Of a stretch of 64,000 nt of DNA, positions 39,151 to 53,900 are shown in pieces. The stretch is from NCBI GenBank assembly GCA_964016885.1, contig OZ024758.1:33914001-33978000 (forward strand), given 5' to 3'. The translations under genes were made by a program, and so were the position numbers. Numbering within the stretch: the first letter of the stretch is position 1; each line of letters begins with the position of its first letter. The notes below the pieces were generated by a model, which saw nothing but the letters and a program-made list of their open reading frames with translations, did not search any database and was not told the origin of the DNA. This stretch comes from Eledone cirrhosa (lineage: Eukaryota).

Positions 39151-42100
39151 ATTAGCTGTCAGAAGTAACTCCAATGTTGGTGAGAATTCATTTAAGTTCA
39201 TGGTATGACTTTGTCAGAAGTAACTCCACTGTTGGTGAGAATTCATTTAAGTCATGGTATTAGTTGTCAGAAGTAACTCCAATGTTGGTGAGAATTCATT
39301 TAAGTCATGGTACTAGCTGTCAGAAGTAACTCCAATGTTGGTGAGAATTCATTTAAGTTCATGGTATTAGCTGTCAGAAGGAACTCCACTGTTGGTGAGA
39401 ATTCATTTAAGTTCATGGTATTAGCTGTCAGAAGTAACTCCACTCTTGGTGAGAATTCATTTAAGTTCATGGTACTAGCTGTCAGAAGTAACTCCAATGT
39501 TGGTGAGAATTCATTTAAGTTCATGGTATTAGCTGTCAGAAGTAACTCCACTGTTGGTGAGAATTCATTTAAGTCATGGTATTAGCTGTCAGAAGTAACT
39601 CCAATGTTGGTGAGAATTCATTTAAGTTCATGGTATTAGCTGTCAGAAGTAACTCCACTGTTGGTGAGAATTCATTTAAGTTCATGGTATTAGCTGTCAG
39701 AAGTAACTCCACTGTTGGTGAGAATTCATTTAAGTTCATGGTACTAGCTGTCAGAAGTAACTCCACTGTTGGTGAGAATTCATTTAAGTTCATGGTATTA
39801 GTTTGTCAGAAGTAACTCCACTGTTGGTGAGAATTCATTTAAGTTCATAGTATTAGCTGTCAGAAGGAACGCCACTGTTGGTGAGAATTCATTTAAGTTC
39901 ATGGTATTAGCTGTCAGAAGTAACTCCACTGTTGGTGAGAATTCATTTAAGTTCATGGTACTAGCTGTCAGAAGTAACTCCAAAGTTGGTGAGAATTCAT
40001 TTAAGTTCATGGTATTAGCTGTCAGAAGTAACTCCACTGTTGGTGAGAATTCATTTAAGTCATGGTATTAGCTGTCAGAAGTAACTCCATTGTTGGTGAG
40101 AATTCATTTAAGTCATGGTACTAGCTGTCAGAAGTAACTCCACTGTTGTTGAGAATTCATTTAAGTTCATGGTATTAGTTTGTCAGAAGTAACTCCACTG
40201 TTGGTGAGAATTCATTTAAGTCATGGTATTAGTTGTCAGAAGTAACTCCAATGTTGGTGAGAATTCATTTAAGTTCATGGTACTAGCTGTCAGAAGTAAC
40301 TCCATTGTTGGTGAGAATTCATTTAAGTTCATGGTACTAGCTGTCAGAAGTAACTCCACTGTTGGTGAGAATTCATTTAAGTTCATGGTATTAGTTTGTC
40401 AGAAGTAACTCCACTGTTGGTGAGAATTCATTTAAGTCATGGTATTAGTTGTCAGAAGTAACTCCAATGTTGGTGAGAATTCATTTATGTCATGGTACTA
40501 GCTGTCAGAAGTAACTCCAATGTTGGTGAGAATTCATTTAAGTTCATGGTATTAGCTGTCAGAAGGAACTCCACTGTTGGTGAGAATTCATTTAAGTTCA
40601 TGGTATTAGCTGTCAGAAGTAACTCAACTGTTGGTGAGAATTCATTTAAGTTCATGGTACTAGCTGTCAGAAGTAACTCCAATGTTGGTGAGAATTCATT
40701 TAAGTTCATGGTATTAGCTGTCAGAAGTAACTCCACTGTTGGTGAGAATTCATTTAAGTCATGGTATTAGCTGTCAGAAGTAACTCCAATGTTGGTGAGA
40801 ATTCATTTAAGTTCATGGTATTAGCTGTCAGAAGTAACTCCACTGTTGGTGAGAATTCATTTAAGTTCATGGTATTAGCTGTCAGAAGTAACTCCACTGT
40901 TGGTGAGAATTCATTTAAGTTCATGGTACTAGCTGTCAGAAGTAACTCCACTGTTGGTGAGAATTCATTTAAGTCATGGTATTAGCTGTCAGAAGTAACT
41001 CCATTGTTGGTGAGAATTCATTTAAGTCATGGTACTAGCTGTCAGAAGTAACTCCACTGTTGGTGTGAATTCATTTAAGTTCATGGTATTAGCTGACAGA
41101 AGGAACTCCACTGTTGGTGAGAATTCATTTAAGTCATGGTACTAGCTGTCAGAAGTAACTCCACTGTTGTTGAGAATTCATTTAAGTCATGGTATTAGTT
41201 GTCAGAAGTAACTCCAATGTTGGTGAGAATTCATTTAAGTTCATGGTACTAGCTGTCAGAAGTAACTCCACTGTTGGTGAGAATTCATTTAAGTTCGTGG
41301 TATTAGCTGTCAGAAGTAACTCCACTGTTGGTGAGAATTCATTTAAGTTCATGGTATTAGCTGTCAGAAGTAACTCAACTGTTGGTGAGAATTCATTTAA
41401 GTTCATGGTACTAGCTGTCAGAAGTAACTCCAATGTTGGTGAGAATTCATTTAAGTTCATGGTATTAGCTGTCAGAAGTAACTCCACTGTTGGTGAGAAT
41501 TCATTTAAGTCATGGTATTAGCTGTCAGAAGTAACTCCAATGTTGGTGAGAATTCATTTAAGTTCATGGTATTAGCTGTCAGAAGTAACTCCACTGTTGG
41601 TGAGAATTCATTTAAGTTCATGGTATTAGCTGTCAGAAGTAACTCCACTGTTGGTGAGAATTCATTTAAGTTCATGGTACTAGCTGTCAGAAGTAACTCC
41701 ACTGTTGGTGAGAATTCATTTAAGTCATGGTATTAGCTGTCAGAAGTAACTCCATTGTTGGTGAGAATTCATTTAAGTCATGGTACTAGCTGTCAGAAGT
41801 AACTCCACTGTTGGTGTGAATTCATTTAAGTTCATGGTATTAGCTGACAGAAGGAACTCCACTGTTGGTGAGAATTCATTTAAGTTCATGGTACTAGCTG
41901 TCAGAAGTAACTCCACTGTTGGTGAGAATTCATTTAAGTTCATGGTATGACTTTGTGAGAAGTAACTCCACTGTTGGTGAGAATTCATTTAAGTCATGGT
42001 ATTAGTTGTCAGAAGTAACTCCAATGTTGGTGAGAATTCATTTAAGTCATGGTACTAGCTGTCAGAAGTAACTCCAATGTTGGTGAGAATTCATTTAAGT

Positions 42101-43199
42101 TCATGGTATTAGCTGTCAGAAGGAACTCCACTGTTGGTGAGAATTCATTTAAGTTCATGGTATTAGCTGTCAGAAGTAACTCCACTTTTGGTGAGAATTC
42201 ATTTAAGTTCATGGTACTAGCTGTCAGAAGTAACTCCAATGTTGGTGAGAATTCATTTAAGTTCATGGTATTAGCTGTCAGAAGTAACTCCACTGTTGGT
42301 GAGAATTCATTTAAGTCATGGTATTAGCTGTCAGAAGTAACTCCAATGTTGGTGAGAATTCATTTAAGTTCATGGTATTAGCTGTCAGAAGTAACTCCAC
42401 TGTTGGTGAGAATTCATTTAAGTTCATGGTATTAGCTGTCAGAAGTAACTCCACTGTTGGTGAGAATTCATTTAAGTTCATGGTACTAGCTGTCAGAAGT
42501 AACTCCACTGTTGGTGAGAATTCATTTAAGTTCATGGTATTAGTTTGTCAGAAGTAACTCCACTGTTGGTGAGAATTCATTTAAGTTCATAGTATTAGCT
42601 CTCAGAAGGAACGCCACTGTTGGTGAGAATTCATTTAAGTTCATGGTATTAGCTGTCAGAAGTAACTCCACTGTTGGTGAGAATTCATTTAAGTTCATGG
42701 TACTAGCTGTCAGAAGTAACTCCAATGTTGGTGAGAATTCATTTAAGTTCATGGTATTAGCTGTCAGAAGGAACTCCACTGTTGGTGAGAATTCATTTAA
42801 GTTCATGGTATTAGCTGTCAGAAGTAACTCCACTGTTGGTGAGAATTCATTTAAGTCATGGTATTAGCTGTCAGAAGTAACTCCATTGTTGGTGAGAATT
42901 CATTTAAGTCATGGTACTAGCTGTCAGAAGTAACTCCACTGTTGTTGAGAATTCATTTAAGTTCATGGTATTAGTTTTTAGGAAGTAACTCCACTGTTGG
43001 TGAGAATTCATTTAAGTCATGGTATTAGTTGTCAGAAGTAACTCCAATGTTGGTGAGAATTCATTTAAGTTCATGGTACTAGCTGTCAGAAGTAACTCCA
43101 TTGTTGGTGAGAATTCATTTAAGTTCATGGTACTAGCTGTCAGAAGTAACTCCACTGTTGGTGAGAATTCATTTAAGTTCATGGTATTAGTTTGTCAGA

Positions 43200-46100
43200 A
43201 GTAACTCCACTGTTGGTGAGAATTCATTTAAGTCATGGTATTAGTTGTCAGAAGTAACTCCAATGTTGGTGAGAATTCATTTAAGTCATGGTACTAGCTG
43301 TCAGAAGTAACTCCAATGTTGGTGAGAATTCATTTAAGTTCATGGTATTAGCTGTCAGAAGGAACTCCACTGTTGGTGAGAATTCATTTAAGTTCATGGT
43401 ATTAGCTGTCAGAAGTAACTCAACTGTTGGTGAGAATTCATTTAAGTTCATGGTACTAGCTGTCAGAAGTAACTCCAATGTTGGTGAGAATTCATTTAAG
43501 TTCATGGTATTAGCTGTCAGAAGTAACTCCACTGTTGGTGAGAATTCATTTAAGTCATGGTATTAGCTGTCAGAAGTAACTCCAATGTTGGTGAGAATTC
43601 ATTTAAGTTCATGGTATTAGCTGTCAGAAGTAACTCCACTGTTGGTGAGAATTCATTTAAGTTCATGGTATTAGCTGTCAGAAGTAACTCCACTGTTGGT
43701 GAGAATTCATTTAAGTTCATGGTACTAGCTGTCAGAAGTAACTCCAATGTTGGTGAGAATTCATTTAAGTTCATGGTACTAGCTGTCAGAAGTAACTCCA
43801 CTGTTGGTGAGAATTCATTTAAGTTCGTGGTATTAGCTGTCAGAAGTAACTCCACTGTTGGTGAGAATTCATTTAAGTTCATGGTATTAGCTGTCAGAAG
43901 TAACTCAACTGTTGGTGAGAATTCATTTAAGTTCATGGTACTAGCTGTCAGAAGTAACTCCAATGTTGGTGAGAATTCATTTAAGTTCATGGTATTAGCT
44001 GTCAGAAGTAACTCCACTGTTGGTGAGAATTCATTTAAGTCATGGTATTAGCTGTCAGAAGTAACTCCAATGTTGGTGAGAATTCATTTAAGTTCATGGT
44101 ATTAGCTGTCAGAAGTAACTCCACTGTTGGTGAGAATTCATTTAAGTTCATGGTATTAGCTGTCAGAAGTAACTCCACTGTTGGTGAGAATTCATTTAAG
44201 TTCATGGTACTAGCTGTCAGAAGTAACTCCACTGTTGGTGAGAATTCATTTAAGTCATGGTATTAGCTGTCAGAAGTAACTCCATTGTTGGTGAGAATTC
44301 ATTTAAGTCATGGTACTAGCTGTCAGAAGTAACTCCACTGTTGGTGTGAATTCATTTAAGTTCATGGTATTAGCTGACAGAAGGAACTCCACTGTTGGTG
44401 AGAATTCATTTAAGTTCATGGTACTAGCTGTTAGAAGTAACTCCACTGTTGGTGAGAATTCATTTAAGTTCATGGTATGACTTTGTCAGAAGTAACTCCA
44501 CTGTTGGTGAGAATTCATTTAAGTCATGGTATTAGTTGTCAGAAGTAACTCCAATGTTGGTGAGAATTCATTTAAGTCATGGTACTAGCTGTCAGAAGTA
44601 ACTCCAATGTTGGTGAGAATTCATTTAAGTTCATGGTATTAGCTGTCAGAAGGAACTCCACTGTTGGTGAGAATTCATTTAAGTTCATGGTATTAGCTGT
44701 CAGAAGTAACTCCACTTTTGGTGAGAATTCATTTCAGTTCATGGTACTAGCTGTCAGAAGTAACTCCAATGTTGGTGAGAATTCATTTAAGTCATGGTAC
44801 TAGCTGTCAGAAGTAACTCCAATGTTGGTGAGAATTCATTTAAGTTCATGGTATTAGCTGTCAGAAGGAACTCCACTGTTGGTGAGAATTCATTTAAGTT
44901 CATGGTATTAGCTGTCAGAAGTAACTCCACTTTTGGTGAGAATTCATTTAAGTCATGGTATTAGTTGTCAGAAGTAACTCCAATGTTGGTGAGAATTCAT
45001 TTAAGTCATGGTACTAGCTGTCAGAAGTAACTCCAATGTTGGTGAGAATTCATTTAAGTTCATGGTATTAGCTGTCAGAAGGAACTCCACTGTTGGTGAG
45101 AATTCATTTAAGTTCATGGTATTAGCTGTCAGAAGTAACTCAACTGTTGGTGAGAATTCATTTAAGTTCATGGTACTAGCTGTCAGAAGTAACTCCAATG
45201 TTGGTGAGAATTCATTTAAGTTCATGGTATTAGCTGTCAGAAGTAACTCCACTGTTGGTGAGAATTCATTTAAGTCATGGTACTAGCTGTCAGAAGTAAC
45301 TCCAATGTTGGTGAGAATTCATTTAAGTTCATGGTATTAGCTGTCAGAAGTAACTCCACTGTTGGTGAGAATTCATTTAAGTTCATGGTATTAGCTGTCA
45401 GAAGTAACTCCACTGTTGGTGAGAATTCATTTAAGTTCATGGTACTAGCTGTCAGAAGTAACTCCAATGTTGGTGAGAATTCATTTAAGTTCATGGTACT
45501 AGCTGTCAGAAGTAACTCCACTGTTGGTGAGAATTCATTTAAGTTCGTGGTATTAGCTGTCAGAAGTAACTCCACTGTTGGTGAGAATTCATTTAAGTTC
45601 ATGGTATTAGCTGTCAGAAGTAACTCAACTGTTGGTGAGAATTCATTTAAGTTCATGGTACTAGCTGTCAGAAGTAACTCCAATGTTGGTGAGAATTCAT
45701 TTAAGTTCATGGTATTAGCTGTCAGAAGTAACTCCACTGTTGGTGAGAATTCATTTAAGTCATGGTATTAGCTGTCAGAAGTAACTCCAATGTTGGTGAG
45801 AATTCATTTAAGTTCATGGTATTAGCTGTCAGAAGTAACTCCACTGTTGGTGAGAATTCATTTAAGTTCATGGTATTAGCTGTCAGAAGTAACTCCACTG
45901 TTGGTGAGAATTCATTTAAGTTCATGGTACTAGCTGTCAGAAGTAACTCCACTGTTGGTGAGAATTCATTTAAGTCATGGTATTAGCTGTCAGAAGTAAC
46001 TCCATTGTTGGTGAGAATTCATTTAAGTCATGGTACTAGCTGTCAGAAGTAACTCCACTGTTGGTGTGAATTCATTTAAGTTCATGGTATTAGCTGACAG

Positions 46101-46500
46101 AAGGAACTCCACTGTTGGTGAGAATTCATTTAAGTTCATGGTACTAGCTGTTAGAAGTAACTCCACTGTTGGTGAGAATTCATTTAAGTTCATGGTATGA
46201 CTTTGTCAGAAGTAACTCCACTGTTGGTGAGAATTCATTTAAGTCATGGTATTAGTTGTCAGAAGTAACTCCAATGTTGGTGAGAATTCATTTAAGTCAT
46301 GGTACTAGCTGTCAGAAGTAACTCCAATGTTGGTGAGAATTCATTTAAGTTCATGGTATTAGCTGTCAGAAGGAACTCCACTGTTGGTGAGAATTCATTT
46401 AAGTTCATGGTATTAGCTGTCAGAAGTAACTCCACTTTTGGTGAGAATTCATTTCAGTTCATGGTACTAGCTGTCAGAAGTAACTCCAATGTTGGTGAGA
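43200..46500. repeat. Tandem duplication of a 32-monomer block (1720-bp offset)
   Basis: ORF pairs 43288/45008, 43557/45277, 44042/45762 and 44579/46299. Private variants GCTGTTAGAAG (~44430 and ~46150) and CATTTCAG (~44733 and ~46453). Confidence 0.9.
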
Positions 46501-47999
46501 ATTCATTTAAGTTCATGGTATTAGCTGTCAGAAGTAACTCCACTGTTGGTGAGAATTCATTTAAGTCATGGTATTAGCTGTCAGAAGTAACTCCAATGTT
46601 GGTGAGAATTCATTTAAGTTCATGGTATTAGCTGTCAGAAGTAACTCCACTGTTGGTGAGAATTCATTTAAGTTCATGGTATTAGCTGTCAGAAGTAACT
46701 CCACTGTTGGTGAGAATTCATTTAAGTTCATGGTACTAGCTGTCAGAAGTAACTCCACTGTTGGTGAGAATTCATTTAAGTTCATGGTATTAGTTTGTCA
46801 GAAGTAACTCCACTGTTGGTGAGAATTCATTTAAGTTCATATTATTAGCTGTCAGAAGGAACGCCACTGTTGGTGAGAATTCATTTAAGTTCATGGTATT
46901 AGCTGTCAGAAGTAACTCCACTGTTGGTGAGAATTCATTTAAGTTCATGGTACTAGCTGTCAGAAGTAACTCCAATGTTGGTGAGAATTCATTTAAGTTC
47001 ATGGTATTAGCTGTCAGAAGGAACTCCACTGTTGGTGAGAATTCATTTAAGTTCATGGTATTAGCTGTCAGAAGTAACTCCACTGTTGGTGAGAATTCAT
47101 TTAAGTCATGGTATTAGCTGTCAGAAGTAACTCCATTGTTGGTGAGAATTCATTTAAGTCATGGTACTAGCTGTCAGAAGTAACTCCACTGTTGTTGAGA
47201 ATTCATTTAAGTTCATGGTATTAGTTTGTCAGAAGTAACTCCACTGTTGGTGATAATTCATTTAAGTCATGGTATTAGTTGTCAGAAGTAACTCCAATGT
47301 TGGTGAGAATTCATTTAAGTTCATGGTACTAGCTGTCAGAAGTAACTCCATTGTTGGTGAGAATTCATTTAAGTTCATGGTACTAGCTGTCAGAAGTAAC
47401 TCCACTGTTGGTGAGAATTCATTTAAGTTCATGGTATTAGTTTGTCAGAAGTAACTCCACTGTTGGTGAGAATTCATTTAAGTCATGGTATTAGTTGTCA
47501 GAAGTAACTCCAATGTTGGTGAGAATTCATTTAAGTCATGGTACTAGCTGTCAGAAGTAACTCCAATGTTGGTGAGAATTCATTTAAGTTCATGGTATTA
47601 GCTGTCAGAAGGAACTCCACTGTTTGTGAGAATTCATTTAAGTTCATGGTATTAGCTGTCAGAAGTAACTCAACTGTTGGTGAGAATTCATTTAAGTTCA
47701 TGGTACTAGCTGTCAGAAGTAACTCCAATGTTGGTGAGAATTCATTTAAGTTCATGGTATTAGCTGTCAGAAGTAACTCCACTGTTGGTGAGAATTCATT
47801 TAAGTCATGGTATTAGCTGTCAGAAGTAACTCCAATGTTGGTGAGAATTCATTTAAGTTCATGGTATTTGCTGTCAGAAGTAACTCCACTGTTGGTGAGA
47901 ATTCATTTAAGTTCATGGTATTAGCTGTCAGAAGTAACTCCACTGTTGGTGAGAATTCATTTAAGTTCATGGTACTAGCTGTCAGAAGTAACTCCACTG

Positions 48000-50900
48000 T
48001 TGGTGAGAATTCATTTAAGTTCATGGTATTAGCTGTCAGAAGTAACTCCACTGTTGGTGAGAATTCATTTAAGTTCATGGTATTAGCTGTCAGAAGTAAC
48101 TCCACTGTTGGTGAGAATTCATTTAAGTTCATGGTACTAGCTGTCAGAAGTAACTCCACTGTTGGTGAGAATTCATTTAAGTTCATGGTATTAGTTTGTC
48201 AGAAGTAACTCCACTGTTGGTGAGAATTCATTTAAGTCATGGTATTAGTTGTCAGAAGTAACTCCAATGTTGGTGAGAATTCATTTAAGTTCATGGTACT
48301 AGCTGTCAGAAGTAACTCCACTGTTGGTGAGAATTCATTTAAGTTCGTGGTATTAGCTGTCAGAAGTAACTCCACTGTTGGTGAGAATTCATTTAAGTCA
48401 TGGTATTAGCTGTCAGAAGTAACTCCATTGTTGGTGAGAATTCATTTAAGTCATGGTACTCGCTGTCAGAAGTAACTCCACTGTCGGTGAGAATTCATTT
48501 AAGTTCATGGTACTAGCTGTCAGAAGTAACTCCACTGTTGGTGAGAATTCATTTAAGTTCATGGTACTAGCTGTCAGAAATAACTCCACTGTTGGTGAGA
48601 ATTCATTTAAGTTCATGGTACTAGCTGTCAGAAGTAAATCCACTGTTGGTGAGAATTCATTTAAGTTCATGGTATTAGCTGTCAGAAGTCACTCCAATGT
48701 TGGTGAGAATTCATTTAAGTTCATGGTATTAGCTGTCAGAAGTCACTCCACTGTTGGTGAGAATTCATTTTAGTTCATGGTACTAGCTGTCAGAAGTAAC
48801 CCCAATGTTGGTGAGAATTCATTTAAGTTCATGGTATTAGCTGTCAGAAGTCACTCCAATGTTGGTTAGAATTCATTTAAGTTCATGGTATTAGCTGTCA
48901 GAAGTAACTCCACTGTTGGTGAGAATTCATTTAAGTTCATGGTATTAGCTGTCAGAAGTAACTCCACTGTTGGTGAGAATTCATTTAAGTTCATGGTATT
49001 AGCTGTCAGAAGTAACTCCACTGTTGGTGAGAATTCATTTAAGTTCATGGTATTAGCTGTCAGAAGGAACTCCAATGTTGGTGAGAATTCATTTAAGTCT
49101 TGGTACTAGCTGTCAGAAGTAACTCCACTGTTGGTGAGAATTCATTTAAGTTCATGGTATTAGCTGTCAGAAGGAACGCCACTGTTGGTGAGAATTCATT
49201 TAAGTTCATGGTATTAGCTGTCAGAAGTAACTCCACTGTTGGTGAGAATTCATTTAAGTTCATTTTACTAGCTGTCAGAAGTAACTCCAATGTTGGTGAG
49301 AATTCATTTAAGTTCATGGTATTAGCTGTCAGAAGGAACTCCACTGTTGGTGAGAATTCATTTAAGTTCATGGTATTAGCTGTCAGAAGTAACTCCACTG
49401 TTGGTGAGAATTCATTTAAGTTCATGGTACTAGTTGTCAGAAGTAACTCCACTGTTGGTGAGAATTCATTTAAGTTCATGGTATTAGTTGTCAGAAGTAA
49501 CTCCACTGTTGGTGAGAATTCATTTAAGTCATGGTATTAGTTGTCAGAAGTAACTCCAATGTTGGTGAGAATTCATTTAAGTTCATGGTACTAGCTCTCA
49601 GAAGTAACTCCACTGTTGGTGAGAATTCATTTAAGTTCATGGTATTAGCTGTCAGAAGTAACTCCACTGTTGGTGAGAATTCATTTAAGTCATGGTATTA
49701 GCTGTCAGAAGTAACTCCATTGTTGGTGAGAATTCATTTAAGTCATGGTACTAGCTGTCAGAAGTAACTCCACTGTTGGTGAGAATTCATTTAAGTTCAT
49801 GGTATTAGCTGTCAGAAGGAACTCCACTGTTGGTGAGAATTCATTTAAGTTCATGGTACTAGCTGTCAGAAGTAACTCCACTGTTGGTGAGAATTCATTT
49901 AAGTTCATGGTACTAGCTGTCAGAAGTAACTCCACTGTTGGTGAGAATTCATTTAAGTTCATGGTATTAGCTGTCAGAAGTCACTCCACTGTTGGTGAGA
50001 ATTCATTTAAGTTCATGGTACTAGCTGTCAGAAGTAACCCCAATGTTGGTGAGAATTCATTTAAGTTCATGGTATTAGCTGTCAGAAGTCACTCCAATGT
50101 TGGTGCGAATTCATTTAAGTTCATGGTATTAGCTGTCAGAAGTAACTCCACTGTTGGTGAGAATTCATTTAAGTTCATGGTATTAGCTGTCAGAAGTAAC
50201 TCCACTGATGGTGAGAATTCATTTAAGTTCATGGTATTAGCTGTCAGAAGGAACTCCAATGTTGGTGAGAATTCATTTAAGTCATGGTACTAGCTGTCAG
50301 AAGTAACTCCACTGTTGGTGAGAATTCATTTAAGTTCATGGTATTAGCTGTCAGAAGGAACGCCACTGTTGGTGAGAATTCATTTAAGTTCATGGTATTA
50401 GCTGTCAGAAGTAACTCCACTGTTGGTGAGAATTCATTTAAGTTCATTGTACTAGCTGTCAGAAGTAACTCCAATGTTGGTGAGAATTCATTTAAGTTCA
50501 TGGTATTAGCTGTCAGAAGGAACTCCACTGTTGGTGAGAATTCATTAAATTTCATGGTATTAGCTGTCAGAAGTAACTCCACTGTTGGTGAGAATTCATT
50601 TAAGTTCATGGTACTAGTTGTCAGAAGTAACTCCACTGTTGGTGAGAATTCATTTAAGTTCATGGTATTAGTGGTCAGAAGTAACTCCACTGTTGGTGAG
50701 AATTCATTTAAGTCATGGTATTAGTTGTCAGAAGTAACTCCAATGTTGGTGAGAATTCATTTAAGTTCATGGTACTAGCTGTCAGAAGTAACTCCACTGT
50801 TGGTGAGAATTCATTTAAGTTCATGGTACTAGCTGTCAGAAGTAACTCCACTGTTGGTGAGAATTCATTTAAGTTCATGGTATTAGCTGTCAGAAGTAAC

Positions 50901-53900
50901 TCCACTGTTGGTGAGAATTCATTTAAGTTCATGGTATTAGCTGTCAGAAGTAACTCCACTGTTGGTGAGAATTCATTTAAGTTCATGGTACTAGCTGTCA
51001 GAAGTAACTCCACTGTTGGTGAGAATTCATTTAAGTTCATGGTATTAGTTTGTCAGAAGTAACTCCACTGTTGGTGAGAATTCATTTAAGTCATGGTATT
51101 AGTTGTCAGAAGTAACTCCAATGTTGGTGAGAATTCATTTAAGTTCATGGTACTAGCTGTCAGAAGTAACTCCACTGTTGGTGAGAATTCATTTAAGTTC
51201 GTGGTATTAGCTGTCAGAAGTAACTCCACTGTTGGTGAGAATTCATTTAAGTCATGGTATTAGCTGTCAGAAGTAACTCCATTGTTGGTGAGAATTCATT
51301 TAAGTCATGGTACTAGCTGTCAGAAGTAACTCCACTGTTGGTGAGAATTCATTTAAGTTCATGGTACTAGCTGTCAGAAGTAACTCCACTGTTGGTGAGA
51401 ATTCATTTAAGTTCATGGTACTAGCTGTCAGAAATAACTCCACTGTTGGTGAGAATTCATTTAAGTTCATGGTACTAGCTGTCAGAAGTAAATCCACTGT
51501 TGGTGAGAATTCATTTAAGTTCATGGTATTAGCTGTCAGAAGTCACTCCAATGTTGGTGAGAATTCATTTAAGTTCATGGTATTAGCTGTCAGAAGTCAC
51601 TCCACTGTTGGTGAGAATTCATTTTAGTTCATGGTACTAGCTGTCAGAAGTAACCCCAATGTTGGTGAGAATTCATTTAAGTTCATGGTATTAGCTGTCA
51701 GAAGTCACTCCAATGTTGGTTAGAATTCATTTAAGTTCATGGTATTAGCTGTCAGAAGTAACTCCACTGTTGGTGAGAATTCATTTAAGTTCATGGTATT
51801 AGCTGTCAGAAGTAACTCCACTGTTGGTGAGAATTCATTTAAGTTCATGGTATTAGCTGTCAGAAGTAACTCCACTGTTGGTGAGAATTCATTTAAGTTC
51901 ATGGTATTAGCTGTCAGAAGGAACTCCAATGTTGGTGAGAATTCATTTAAGCCATGGTACTAGCTGTCAGAAGTAACTCCACTGTTGGTGAGAATTCATT
52001 TAAGTTCATGGTATTAGCTGTCAGAAGGAACGCCACTGTTGGTGAGAATTCATTTAAGTTCATGGTATTAGCTGTCAGAAGTAACTCCACTGTTGGTGAG
52101 AATTCATTTAAGTTCATTTTACTAGCTGTCAGAAGTAACTCCAATGTTGGTGAGAATTCATTTAAGTTCATGGTATTAGCTGTCAGAAGGAACTCCACTG
52201 TTGGTGAGAATTCATTTAAGTTCATGGTACTAGTTGTCAGAAGTAACTCCACTGTTGGTGAGAATTCATTTAAGTTCATGGTATTAGTGGTCAGAAGTAA
52301 CTCCACTGTTGGTGAGAATTCATTTAAGTCATGGTATTAGTTGTCAGAAGTAACTCCAATGTTGGTGAGAATTCATTTAAGTTCATGGTACTAGCTGTCA
52401 GAAGTAACTCCACTGTTGGTGAGAATTCATTTAAGTTCATGGTACTAGCTGTCAGAAGTAACTCCACTGTTGGTGAGAATTCATTTAAGTTCATGGTATT
52501 AGCTGTCAGAAGTAACTCCACTGTTGGTGAGAATTCATTTAAGTTCATGGTATTAGCTGTCAGAAGTAACTCCACTGTTGGTGAGAATTCATTTAAGTTC
52601 ATGGTACTAGCTGTCAGAAGTAACTCCACTGTTGGTGAGAATTCATTTAAGTTCATGGTATTAGATTGTCAGAAGTAACTCCACTGTTGGTGAGAATTCA
52701 TTTAAGTCATGGTATTAGTTGTCAGAAGTAACTCCAATGTTGGTGAGAATTCATTTAAGTTCATGGTACTAGCTGTCAGAAGTAACTCCACTGTTGGTGA
52801 GAATTCATTTAAGTTCGTGGTATTAGCTGTCAGAAGTAACTCCACTGTTGGTGAGAATTCATTTAAGTCATGGTATTAGCTGTCAGAAGTAACTCCATTG
52901 TTGGTGAGAATTCATTTAAGTCATGGTACTAGCTGTCAGAAGTAACTCCACTGTTGGTGAGAATTCATTTAAGTTCATGGTACTAGCTGTCAGAAGTAAC
53001 TCCACTGTTGGTGAGAATTCATTTAAGTTCATGGTACTAGCTGTCAGAAATAACTCCACTGTTGGTGAGAATTCATTTAAGTTCATGGTACTAGCTGTCA
53101 GAAGTAAATCCACTGTTGGTGAGAATTCATTTAAGTTCATGGTATTAGCTGTCAGAAGTCACTCCAATGTTGGTGAGAATTCATTTAAGTTCATGGTATT
53201 AGCTGTCAGAAGTAACTCCACTGTTGGTGAGAATTCATTTAAGTTCATGGTATTAGCTGTCAGAAGTAACTCCACTGTTGGTGAGAATTCATTTAAGTTC
53301 ATGGTATTAGCTGTCAGAAGTAACTCCACTGTTGGTGAGAATTCATTTAAGTTCATGGTATTAGCTGTCAGAAGGAACTCCAATGTTGGTGAGAATTCAT
53401 TTAAGTCATGGTACTAGCTGTCAGAAGTAACTCCACTGTTGGTGAGAATTCATTTAAGTTCATGGTATTAGCTGTCAGAAGGAACGCCACTGTTGGTGAG
53501 AATTCATTTAAGTTCATGGTATTAGCTGTCAGAAGTAACTCCACTGTTGGTGAGAATTCATTTAAGTTCATTTTACTAGCTGTCAGAAGTAACTCCAATG
53601 TTGGTGAGAATTCATTTAAGTTCATGGTATTAGCTGTCAGAAGGAACTCCACTGTTGGTGAGAATTCATTTAAGTTCATGGTACTAGTTGTCAGAAGTAA
53701 CTCCACTGTTGGTGAGAATTCATTTAAGTTCATGGTATTAGTGGTCAGAAGTAACTCCACTGTTGGTGAGAATTCATTTAAGTCATGGTATTAGTTGTCA
53801 GAAGTAACTCCAATGTTGGTGAGAATTCATTTAAGTTCATGGTACTAGCTGTCAGAAGTAACTCCACTGTTGGTGAGAATTCATTTAAGTTCATGGTACT

